Assembly: GCA_043806015.1 (NCBI GenBank) | Contig: JAZDHH010000007.1 | Location: 51,698 to 115,697 of the forward strand | DNA from: Nanobdellota archaeon | GTDB lineage: Archaea > Nanobdellota > Nanobdellia > Woesearchaeales > JAHIVG01 | DNA length: 64,000 nt | Reading direction: 5' to 3' | Shown here: piece after piece, positions 56,365 through 64,000 of the stretch | How positions within the stretch are numbered: the first letter of the stretch is position 1 | How the letters are laid out: the number at the start of each line of letters is the position of its first letter | The notes under the pieces: model-generated | Told to the model about the DNA's origin: nothing | Seen by the model: the letters and a program-made list of their open reading frames with translations, nothing else | Databases searched by the model: none | Made by a program: the position numbers and the translations under genes

Positions 56365-57561
56365 TCAGGCCTTCCCCTTCAGCCAGGCTTCCTCCTCAGG
56401 GCCGAGGTCGAGGAACGCGGCAAGCTGCTTGGCGAACTGCGGCTGCTTCTTCGCCGCGACGCGGACATACGGCAGCGTCTCCTGCAGGGTCGCCTTGAGC
56501 GAGGAATGCAAGGTCGGCGCGAGCTTCTCGGCAACGGAAAGCCGTTTCGCGTTCTTGGCGTTGGCGATCCATTGCCAGAGGAACCGCTTTGGCTGCTCAT
56601 AGGCGCCTAGGCCGGAGGGCCGCTCGCTCTTCGCCGAGGAGACGCCGAGCGACAGCAGCGCGTAGATGTACACGAGGAAGCGCCAGTGCTGCCAGCGCCT
56701 GATCCTGCCGCGGAACACGTCCGCCTTGGATATCATGTCCATGGCGGCGGCGATGTCGGCCGGCTTGGTATATTCCTTCGGGAGGTTCTCATCGATCCAG
56801 TGCAGGATCGTGTCGACATCCTCGTCGATGCTGTCAATGGCCTCCTTGGCGATGAAGGGATCAGTTGTTTTGAAGATGCGCACCAGCGCGTCGGGGATGG
56901 CCTCGCGCCGCTCCCGGTCAGAGCTCTCGTCCAGGACAAAGGAGCCGCCCCCGCTCATGGCCTGCAGGTCGTTGATGGCTGCCCTGGCGTCTCCGCCGGA
57001 GCGCCGCGCGAGCCGCTTCAGGTCCTCTTCCTTGAAACATATCTTCTCTTTCTTCGCGATGCCCTCGAGAATCGCATAGACGTCGAGATAGCCGAGCGCC
57101 TTGAACTCGATGAGCTGGCTCTTCTTGCGCAGCGCCGAGAGCTTCCGCTCGTTCGGGTCGTTGGCCGTGAACACGAGGGGGAAGGCGGATTCCGCGATGA
57201 AGTTGCCCAAGGACGCGATGCCGCCATGGTCCTGCTGGCCTGACAGGCCGTCCACCTCGTCGATGAGGATGATCTTGCTGCGGAAGAAGAGGGACTGCTG
57301 CTTGGTCGCCATGCCCACGACCTGCATCAAGGATTCCTTGTCGCGGTAATCCGAGGCGTTCAGCTCGATCACCTCATGCTGGATCTCGTTGCCGAGGGCG
57401 TGCACCGCGGCTGTCTTGCCCGTGCCGACCGGCCCGAACAGCAGGGCGGCCCGCCCTTTGCGGAACGTCCGCACAAAGGAAGCTAATTGCCGCACCGCCT
57501 CGTCCTGGCCGATGACGTCAGATAGCCTGATCGGCATGTAGCGTTTCACCCACGATTCCAT
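56365..57561 (-). CDS. rfcL: replication factor C large subunit
   Basis: WVKRY.P, GPVGTGKT, ELNASD, LIDEVDG, GDARAAINDLQ, WIDEN. Confidence 0.93.
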   Translation of the reverse strand: MESWVKRYMPIRLSDVIGQDEAVRQLASFVRTFRKGRAALLFGPVGTGKTAAVHALGNEIQHEVIELNASDYRDKESLMQVVGMATKQQSLFFRSKIILIDEVDGLSGQQDHGGIASLGNFIAESAFPLVFTANDPNERKLSALRKKSQLIEFKALGYLDVYAILEGIAKKEKICFKEEDLKRLARRSGGDARAAINDLQAMSGGGSFVLDESSDRERREAIPDALVRIFKTTDPFIAKEAIDSIDEDVDTILHWIDENLPKEYTKPADIAAAMDMISKADVFRGRIRRWQHWRFLVYIYALLSLGVSSAKSERPSGLGAYEQPKRFLWQWIANAKNAKRLSVAEKLAPTLHSSLKATLQETLPYVRVAAKKQPQFAKQLAAFLDLGPEEEAWLKGKA

Positions 57562-57579
57562 GGCAGGAGGGCGGCGGCG

Positions 57580-58488
57580 CTACCTTTTAAGGTTTTCCGA
57601 AAGAAGTATTATCCTGTCGCCGTCGAGAATCAGGACATGGCCCGGGCATGCTGCCAGGCCTTTCGGCTCTGTGAGGGTCAGCGGATAGCTCGCCAGGAAG
57701 GTGAAGCCGTTGGCGACATCGAAGACCGCGAGGCCGAGGCGGTCGAGCACGAAGAGGCGCTCGTTGGAAAGGGCGAGCGACCTCGGCCAGCTCACGTATC
57801 CTTCGCCAAGCTGCTCAACCTCGCCATCGTTCTCTCTCAATATTCCCGCATGTCCTGAATCGATGAAGAAGGACTGGAGTTTGCCTTGCGACATGGCGAG
57901 CGGCCAGGAGTTGCTGAAATAGAAATTCAGGTCTTCGCCCTTGAGCGAATAGAGCCATTTGCTCCTCTCATTTCGGGAGGACAGGACTGCCGGGCTTTCC
58001 TCTGCCTTCAGCACATCGTCGCTGAGAGAGAGGGTGACTGTTTTTTCAGGCTGCAGGAAAACGAAGCGGCCATCATCGACGGAAAAGGCATTGGGATCGC
58101 TGACGAACGCGCTGACATCAAGGCCGGGGCGCTCGACCCATTGGCCGGCCCCATAGCTGCCCTTCCGCTCGAGCTCAGCGTCAAGGAACGTTATGCTCCC
58201 TTGCCGGTATGCATACACATTGCAGCCCTGGTCTGCCGCAATCAGGGACGCGCTCATGGCGGCGGTGCGGAGGGGCGTGAAGGCTTTCACGCAGTCTCCC
58301 AGGATGCAGCACTGCATCGACCTTCCCTCTCCGCCGTCGAAGGAGGCGAGCAGCTGGCCGGTGCAGAAGTCGGCGCAGATGCTGCCGCCGAGCGTGGCGC
58401 AGGACTCGGGAAGCGCGGACTGCTTGCCCGCGAGGTTCATGCTGCAGGAACTCAAGAGAAGCAACGCGGCGATGAGGAATGCTCTCAT
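57580..58488 (-). CDS. putative lipoprotein with a Cys-rich N-domain and beta-propeller-like C-terminus
   Basis: MRAFLIAALLLLSSC lipobox; CxxxGGxIC...CC; PRSLAL/PKGLA blade-like motifs. Confidence 0.65.
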   Translation of the reverse strand: MRAFLIAALLLLSSCSMNLAGKQSALPESCATLGGSICADFCTGQLLASFDGGEGRSMQCCILGDCVKAFTPLRTAAMSASLIAADQGCNVYAYRQGSITFLDAELERKGSYGAGQWVERPGLDVSAFVSDPNAFSVDDGRFVFLQPEKTVTLSLSDDVLKAEESPAVLSSRNERSKWLYSLKGEDLNFYFSNSWPLAMSQGKLQSFFIDSGHAGILRENDGEVEQLGEGYVSWPRSLALSNERLFVLDRLGLAVFDVANGFTFLASYPLTLTEPKGLAACPGHVLILDGDRIILLSENLKR

Positions 58489-58496
58489 GCCTTGCC

Positions 58497-59840
58497 CTAG
58501 CCGTCGCTGTTTTTTATGCTTTTCGCTCGTATCGTGGCGGAGAGCCACCAGATGCCTACAACGCTGGAGACAAGGCCTCCAAGCACCATGGCCACGGCGA
58601 TGGAGAGGTAGCCAAAGCCGAGCACGAAGACGAACAGGTAGGCCAGCGGCACCGCGACTCCGAAGAATCGGATGAGTTGGATGATGAGGCCGGGCATGCC
58701 CCTGCCCAGGCCTTGCATGACCCTGAACACGGTCATGGTGAGGTGCATCAAGGGGAAGGTGAGCACGTCGATGCGCAGGTAGCCGACAGCCGCGGAGATG
58801 AGATGCTGCTCGGGTGTGAAGATCCTTATGAGCCAGGGCGCGAACAGGAAGAACACTATGCCTATCACGCTCGTGAACAGCATGCCGATGACCATGCCGT
58901 AGCTCACGATGCCCTTCACCAGGTCGATGCGTTTCGCTCCCGTGAACATGGCCACGAGCGTCATCAGGGAGAGGCCGAGCGCGATGACCGGCAGCAGGGC
59001 GACGCTCTCGAGCCTGCTGACAATGCCGAAGGCCGCCACGAAAGTGGTGCCGAAGTGGTTCATGAAGCCGTTGATGAAGACCACATACATCGAGATGAGG
59101 ATCATGGTCAAGGCTGCAGGCATGCCGATCGATGATATCTCCCGGATGATGCGCCACGAGAACTTGAATTCCCTGAACCGCAGCCGGATGGTCGACCGCC
59201 GGTGCATGAAGATGATGGAGAGGACGAGGCCGAGGGCGAGGGAGATGACCGTCGCGTAGGCTGCTCCCGCCACCCCGAGCTTCAGGCTGTAGATGAAGAT
59301 CGGGTCGAGGATGATGTTGGCCATCAAGGCCGTGACCTGGATGATCATCGGTGTCTTGGTGTCCCCTTCCGCGGAAAAGATGCTGTTCATGACGTAGAGG
59401 GGGAACATCACGAGGCAGCCGAGCAGCAGGATGGACATGTAGCTGATGCTCATCCTGAGCACGTTGCCCTCCGCGCCGAAGAGCCGCATAAGGTCACCGA
59501 GGAAAATGGTCCCGAATATGAGGACGAGGAGGCCGAGGCCGACGCTCATCAGGACTCCATGCAGCGCCGCATTCTCTGCCTCGGGATGCTTCTTGGCCCC
59601 AAGGCTCCTGGAGATGAGGCTGCCCATGCCGACACCCATGCCCGAGTTCAGCGACATCAGGATGAAGAAGAGTGGGAAGCTGAAGGTCAGGGCCGCGATG
59701 GCCTCCTCGCCGAGGCGCCCGACCCACGCAGTGTCCACCACGTTGTACATGGTCTGCACGACCATGGCGATGACCATGGGCAATGCCAGGACGAAAAGCG
59801 CCTTTCTCGGATTCTGGATGAAGGCATCCACACGGCTCAT
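58497..59840 (-). CDS. MATE family efflux transporter
   Basis: ALPM...YNVVDT..VGRLG, GDTKTPM, NIILDPIFI, GVAGAAYAT. Confidence 0.95.
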   Translation of the reverse strand: MSRVDAFIQNPRKALFVLALPMVIAMVVQTMYNVVDTAWVGRLGEEAIAALTFSFPLFFILMSLNSGMGVGMGSLISRSLGAKKHPEAENAALHGVLMSVGLGLLVLIFGTIFLGDLMRLFGAEGNVLRMSISYMSILLLGCLVMFPLYVMNSIFSAEGDTKTPMIIQVTALMANIILDPIFIYSLKLGVAGAAYATVISLALGLVLSIIFMHRRSTIRLRFREFKFSWRIIREISSIGMPAALTMILISMYVVFINGFMNHFGTTFVAAFGIVSRLESVALLPVIALGLSLMTLVAMFTGAKRIDLVKGIVSYGMVIGMLFTSVIGIVFFLFAPWLIRIFTPEQHLISAAVGYLRIDVLTFPLMHLTMTVFRVMQGLGRGMPGLIIQLIRFFGVAVPLAYLFVFVLGFGYLSIAVAMVLGGLVSSVVGIWWLSATIRAKSIKNSDG

Positions 59841-59914
59841 GGTATGAAAGCTCTGCCTTTCCCTTTTTAAACCTTGGGAAAACCTTTTTAAAAAAGGGCC
59901 ATCCTCAGGTTGCC

Positions 59915-62287
59915 ATGCAAGACTATGACCCGAAGGAAGCGGAGCCGCGGCTCATCGCTGCCTGGCTCAAGGATAAGGCTTACCGCTTCGACCCTCAGAG
60001 CAATGCCGAGCTGTTTTCCATAGACACCCCGCCACCGACAGTCAGCGGCGAGATGCACCTGGGCCATGCTTTCTCCTACGCGCAGCAGGACTTCATCGTC
60101 CGCTACCAGCGGATGCGCGGCAAGAATGTCTTCTATCCCTTCGGCTTCGACGACAACGGCCTCGCGACCGAGCGCTTCGTGGAGAAGAAGGCGAAGGTCA
60201 AGGCGACCAAGATGCCGCGCGAGGACTTCATCAGGCTCTGCCTCAAGGAGACCGCTGAGGTCGAGGAGAAGCTCCGGCGGTGCTGGCAGCGCCTCGGCAT
60301 CTCCGCTGACTGGGACATCTTCTACCACACCGTCGACGACTGGGCGCGCAAGACGAGCCAGCGCAGCTTCCTCGAGCTCTACCGTAAGGGCAGGGAATAC
60401 CGCAAGGAGGCCCCGACCATCTGGTGCCCGGAGTGCCAGACAGCGATCGCCCAGGTCGAGCTGCAGGACAAGGAGCTGGAATCGCAGTTCAATGACATCG
60501 CCTTTACGGTAAACGGCCAGGACCTCATCATCGCGACGACAAGGCCGGAGCTGCTCTCCAGCTGCGTGGCAGTCATCTTCCATCCCGAAGACAATCGCTA
60601 CAAGCACCTTGAGGGAAAGAAGGCCGTCGTGCCAATGTTCAACCATGAGGTTCCGGTCATCGCAGACAGCCGCGTCTCCATGGAAAAAGGCACCGGCATC
60701 GTGATGTGCTGCACCTTCGGCGACCTCACGGACATCGAATGGTGGTCTGCCTTCAAGCTGCCGCTCAGGATATCGATCACGCAGGATGGCAAGATGAACA
60801 GCCTTGCCGGCAAGTACCAAGGCCTTGACCTCAGGGAAGGAAGGAAGGCCATCATCGCCGACCTGCGCGCCGCAGGCCTGCTCAGGAAGGAGCAGCCTAT
60901 CATCCACGCGGTCAACGTTCACGAGCGCTGCGGCCGCGAGATCGAGTTCCTTGTGACAAAGCAATGGTTCATCCGCTACCTCGACCTGAAGGAGGAGTTC
61001 ATCCGGATGGGCCGCGAGATCTCCTGGCATCCCGAGCACATGCGCGTCCGCTTCGAGCACTGGATCAACGGCCTGCAATGGGACTGGTGCATCTCGCGGC
61101 AGCGCTACTTCGGCGTCCCTTTCCCACTCTGGTATTGCACAAAATGCGGAGAGGTCATGCTCGCCGAGGACTCGCAGCTGCCCGTCGACCCGCTGAAGCA
61201 CAAGCCTTTGAAGCATTGCGCTTGCGGGAGCGAGGAGTTCGAGCCTGAGCGCGATGTCCTCGACACCTGGGCCACAAGTTCATTGACTCCCATGATCGCG
61301 CTGCGCTGGAAGGATGACCCCCACTTTTTCCACAGGATGTTCCCCCTGTCGCTGCGGCCGCAGGCGCATGACATCATCACCTTCTGGGCCTTCAACACCG
61401 TGGTGAAAAGCTACCTCCACGAGGGCAAGCCGCCCTGGAAGCATATCATGATCTCCGGCCATGCGCTCGACCCGCACGGCAAGAAGATGTCCAAGAGCAA
61501 GGGCAACACCGTCGACCCGCTCGCCATGATGGAGAAGTATTCCGCGGACTGCCTGCGCTTCTGGGCAGCAGGCTCGAAGCTTGGCGACGACCTCCCGTTT
61601 ATGGAGAAGGATTTCGTGACCGGGAAGAAGTTCATCACCAAGCTCTGGAACGCCAGCAAGTTCGCCATGATGCACATCAAGGAGAAGCCCAAGCGGCCGA
61701 AGCAGCTCCATCCCATCGACCAGTGGCTGCTCTCAAAGCTGCAGGCTTTGGTCAAGGATTCGACAGAGACCATGGAGCAGTTCGAGTACGCGAGGACGAA
61801 GCTCGAGGCCGAGAAGTTCTTCTGGCAGGCCTTCTGCGACAACTACCTCGAGCTGGTCAAGGACCGGCTCTACAAGCCGGAAGCTTATCCTGCAGATGCC
61901 GTGGCTTCCGCCAAATGGACACTGCACGAGTCATTGTTGACCATTCTCAAGCTCTTCGCCCCGATAACCCCCTTCATCACAGAGGAGATCTTCCAGCAGC
62001 AATTCCTCGCCGATGCCTCGATCCACACTTCGCCGTGGCCTGCCTTTCAGGAGGACCTTGTTGATGCGGACGCCGAGAAGCTCGGCGACACTGTTGTGGA
62101 AATCGTCGCTGCGATGCGCAAGATGAAGTCAGAGAAGAGCCTGTCGCTCAAGACCGCGGTCAAGAAGCTTACCATCACGTCGCCGCTGAATCTCGAGCCG
62201 GTCAAGGCCGACATCGCCAGCATCTCCCAAGCAAGTGAAGTCGAGCTGCTGAAGGGGGATGCGATGCAAGTGGGATTAGAGTTTTAA
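59915..62287 (+). CDS. valS: valine--tRNA ligase (archaeal type)
   Basis: DTPPPTVSG.MHLGH, DWCISRQR, KMSKS. Confidence 0.97.
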   Translation: MQDYDPKEAEPRLIAAWLKDKAYRFDPQSNAELFSIDTPPPTVSGEMHLGHAFSYAQQDFIVRYQRMRGKNVFYPFGFDDNGLATERFVEKKAKVKATKMPREDFIRLCLKETAEVEEKLRRCWQRLGISADWDIFYHTVDDWARKTSQRSFLELYRKGREYRKEAPTIWCPECQTAIAQVELQDKELESQFNDIAFTVNGQDLIIATTRPELLSSCVAVIFHPEDNRYKHLEGKKAVVPMFNHEVPVIADSRVSMEKGTGIVMCCTFGDLTDIEWWSAFKLPLRISITQDGKMNSLAGKYQGLDLREGRKAIIADLRAAGLLRKEQPIIHAVNVHERCGREIEFLVTKQWFIRYLDLKEEFIRMGREISWHPEHMRVRFEHWINGLQWDWCISRQRYFGVPFPLWYCTKCGEVMLAEDSQLPVDPLKHKPLKHCACGSEEFEPERDVLDTWATSSLTPMIALRWKDDPHFFHRMFPLSLRPQAHDIITFWAFNTVVKSYLHEGKPPWKHIMISGHALDPHGKKMSKSKGNTVDPLAMMEKYSADCLRFWAAGSKLGDDLPFMEKDFVTGKKFITKLWNASKFAMMHIKEKPKRPKQLHPIDQWLLSKLQALVKDSTETMEQFEYARTKLEAEKFFWQAFCDNYLELVKDRLYKPEAYPADAVASAKWTLHESLLTILKLFAPITPFITEEIFQQQFLADASIHTSPWPAFQEDLVDADAEKLGDTVVEIVAAMRKMKSEKSLSLKTAVKKLTITSPLNLEPVKADIASISQASEVELLKGDAMQVGLEF

Positions 62288-62294
62288 CAATGTC

Positions 62295-63686
62295 TCATTG
62301 CAGGGTGGGAGGAGTAAAAAACCTCAGTGCTCCTTCGCGCTCCCTTCTTTCAACATTCATGGCAAGCTGAAGGTCTCGAGCTTCGGTCATATGATGAAAA
62401 TAGGTTCCATGGGCTCTGAAAAAAGCAATTTGCCGCGGATCGGCATCCGCATCTCTCCGTGTCTCGAATTTATAGAAAGATTGCATTTCCTCGAGGATGT
62501 GCGTTAAAGCTGTGTACACACCGTTGTATCCTTCGAATCTGCCTGACTCCTTAATCGCTGTCAATCTTCCTAATAGAGTATCAATCTGCGGAATGATCCC
62601 TGACAGCCGTTCGGTCGCTTCCTGAAGGGCATCGAAATAGGTCTTGTCATGCTCTAGAGGCAAGGCTCCGAGCTTCCTCGCCGCTTCCTCTATGGAAAGG
62701 ACTCTCCCCTCCCAGAATCTTCCCGGTTCCATCTCAAGATGGCTTGTGAATAAAGCGCCTTTGTATTGCCTCCTCCGGTTCCGATCCGTATTTTTGGTCA
62801 GCTCGACATAATCCCCGTTTTTCGTGTTTTCAGCCCAGACTCGCGCTGACCTGGACGGGTCAGGTAGGCGAATACTGAAAGAAGGCTTTTTTCCTGGCTC
62901 CTGGGTGACCTCAGAAGCCTGGAAAATGGCGCCAACGCGGAACTCGGTAGGAGACTTATAGGCCCTGCCCAGGGCAGCGTCGAGGTTGAAACCGCTCTCT
63001 CCGGGTGATTCATCGATGGCCTGCTCAAGGCCAGACTCAGCAGGAAGCACTCCAAAGACCTGCGCGGCTTCCTCTATAGTTAGTTTTTCACCTTGCCAAT
63101 TTGAGCCAGGCCGCCGATGAGGGGCGGATCGCATGAATTTCGGACTTGTGTCCCGAACAATGCGAACATAGTCACCTTCCTGAACGCCTTCGGTGTAAAT
63201 ACGTATCGAGCTTCCCGGGAAATTGAACCAGGGCGTTTTTCCGATAATGCGCACGATGTCCCAGGCACGGATGATTTCGTTTTCTCCAATAGCGCGTGGA
63301 GGTTTGTATGCCCTTGCGACCTTAGTGACGAGGTCATCGGCCGGCGCGGCTGTTTTCACATTCCCGGCGCCGTCTGTTGCAGAGGGCTCGCTGGGGAGGA
63401 GGCTGCGGAGATGGGCGATGTACTGAAAAACAAGGGCTTGATCCTGGTGTGTCGCTCGATCGGCTTCGATCGTGTCGAGATCTAGGGCAATCATCTTGGC
63501 ACGCCCCGGGCCTATTGGATGGTTGAGCTCTGCCAATAGGTCAGCCAACCGCTTCGCATACGGGAATCCAGTCAATGCCTCGCCATGGATGCCTAGGGGT
63601 GGCGGCGCTGTAGGCTGACTTAAATGATCATGCCGCGACTTCGGCTTTGTCATGTACCTACTTCTGTAAGGTCTGTCCCCGCTCAT
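62295..63686 (-). CDS. orphan protein with an internal domain duplication
   Basis: 463 aa, GGAGG RBS; two RAYK.P...GDYV...PG..W.G..L.IEEAA...G.LP units. Confidence 0.7.
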   Translation of the reverse strand: MSGDRPYRSRYMTKPKSRHDHLSQPTAPPPLGIHGEALTGFPYAKRLADLLAELNHPIGPGRAKMIALDLDTIEADRATHQDQALVFQYIAHLRSLLPSEPSATDGAGNVKTAAPADDLVTKVARAYKPPRAIGENEIIRAWDIVRIIGKTPWFNFPGSSIRIYTEGVQEGDYVRIVRDTSPKFMRSAPHRRPGSNWQGEKLTIEEAAQVFGVLPAESGLEQAIDESPGESGFNLDAALGRAYKSPTEFRVGAIFQASEVTQEPGKKPSFSIRLPDPSRSARVWAENTKNGDYVELTKNTDRNRRRQYKGALFTSHLEMEPGRFWEGRVLSIEEAARKLGALPLEHDKTYFDALQEATERLSGIIPQIDTLLGRLTAIKESGRFEGYNGVYTALTHILEEMQSFYKFETRRDADADPRQIAFFRAHGTYFHHMTEARDLQLAMNVERREREGALRFFTPPTLQ

Positions 63687-63742
63687 GAAAGATACCTCCC
63701 TCAGGGGAGAATAACCGGGTGATTAATAAGGTTGTCGCCGGA

Positions 63743-64000
63743 TTAGAAAAGGAACTTCCCGTCCTTCTGGATCGTCTTGCCGTCGACCTCGAGCCTGCCG
63801 CCCTTGCGCAGGTCCTTGATCATGTCCCAGTGGATGGCGCTCTCGTTGACGCCGCCGCCCTCCTTGTAGGCCATGCCGAGCGCCAGGTGGATTGTCCCCC
63901 CGATCTTCTCGTCGAACAGGATCTGCTTGACGAAGCGGTCGATCATGAAGTTGGTGCCGACGCCCAGCTCGCCGAGCATGCAGGCTCCCTTGTCGGTCTT
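63743..64000 (-). CDS. M29 (thermophilic) aminopeptidase, 3' end only
   Basis: [32 protein letters not shown]; runs off the window. Confidence 0.9.
   Translation of the reverse strand, partial: KTDKGACMLGELGVGTNFMIDRFVKQILFDEKIGGTIHLALGMAYKEGGGVNESAIHWDMIKDLRKGGRLEVDGKTIQKDGKFLF

Noticed and set aside
62273..63747. 8-bp direct repeat GGATTAGA flanking the duplicated-domain orphan
   Set aside because: Too short to distinguish from chance, and the reconstructed empty site would force a long valS/aminopeptidase overlap
1..64000. Many long antisense or alternate-frame ORFs in the track (e.g. 14087-14950, 32565-33566, 59888-61216, and 5' extensions of carB, nurA and 57580)
   Set aside because: Shadow ORFs caused by high GC3 codon bias over well-supported genes; no motifs

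Overview
GC-rich chromosomal window from an archaeon. The markers are archaeal r-proteins L1/P0/L12, S24e and S27ae, Rpo7, Spt4, Rpo11, NurA/HerA/Mre11, RFC-L, PAC2, ZPR1 and BRE/TATA promoters. The compact content, the bacterial-type AspRS and the orphan families suggest a DPANN lineage such as Woesearchaeota; this placement is inference. Most of the window is housekeeping DNA interleaved with lower-GC orphan genes. The most interesting signals are: (1) a ~2.6 kb strongly AT-rich locus (3430-6013) holding two winged-HTH genes, two arrays of ~10-11 bp phased degenerate WTRYCGRYAW boxes and a shared 12-bp upstream motif, a candidate replication origin or centromere-like system with no cdc6/orc1 next to it; (2) a RelE-type toxin-antitoxin cassette flanked by a 36-bp direct repeat that duplicates the 3' end of the endonuclease IV gene; (3) three candidate structured RNA/ssDNA elements, including a perfect four-way junction just downstream of a gene with an in-frame UAG; (4) a Janus/Ocnus (PHPT1)-like protein, a eukaryote/Bacteroidetes-type carbamoyl-phosphate synthase, a 31-aa pilin-like peptide, a triad of paralogous membrane proteins and a membrane-anchored kinase-like module. 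Several single-base frameshifts in short homopolymers look like long-read assembly errors. No rRNA, tRNA, CRISPR array or transposase was recognised. All family calls are by-eye motif recognition; no database searches were run.
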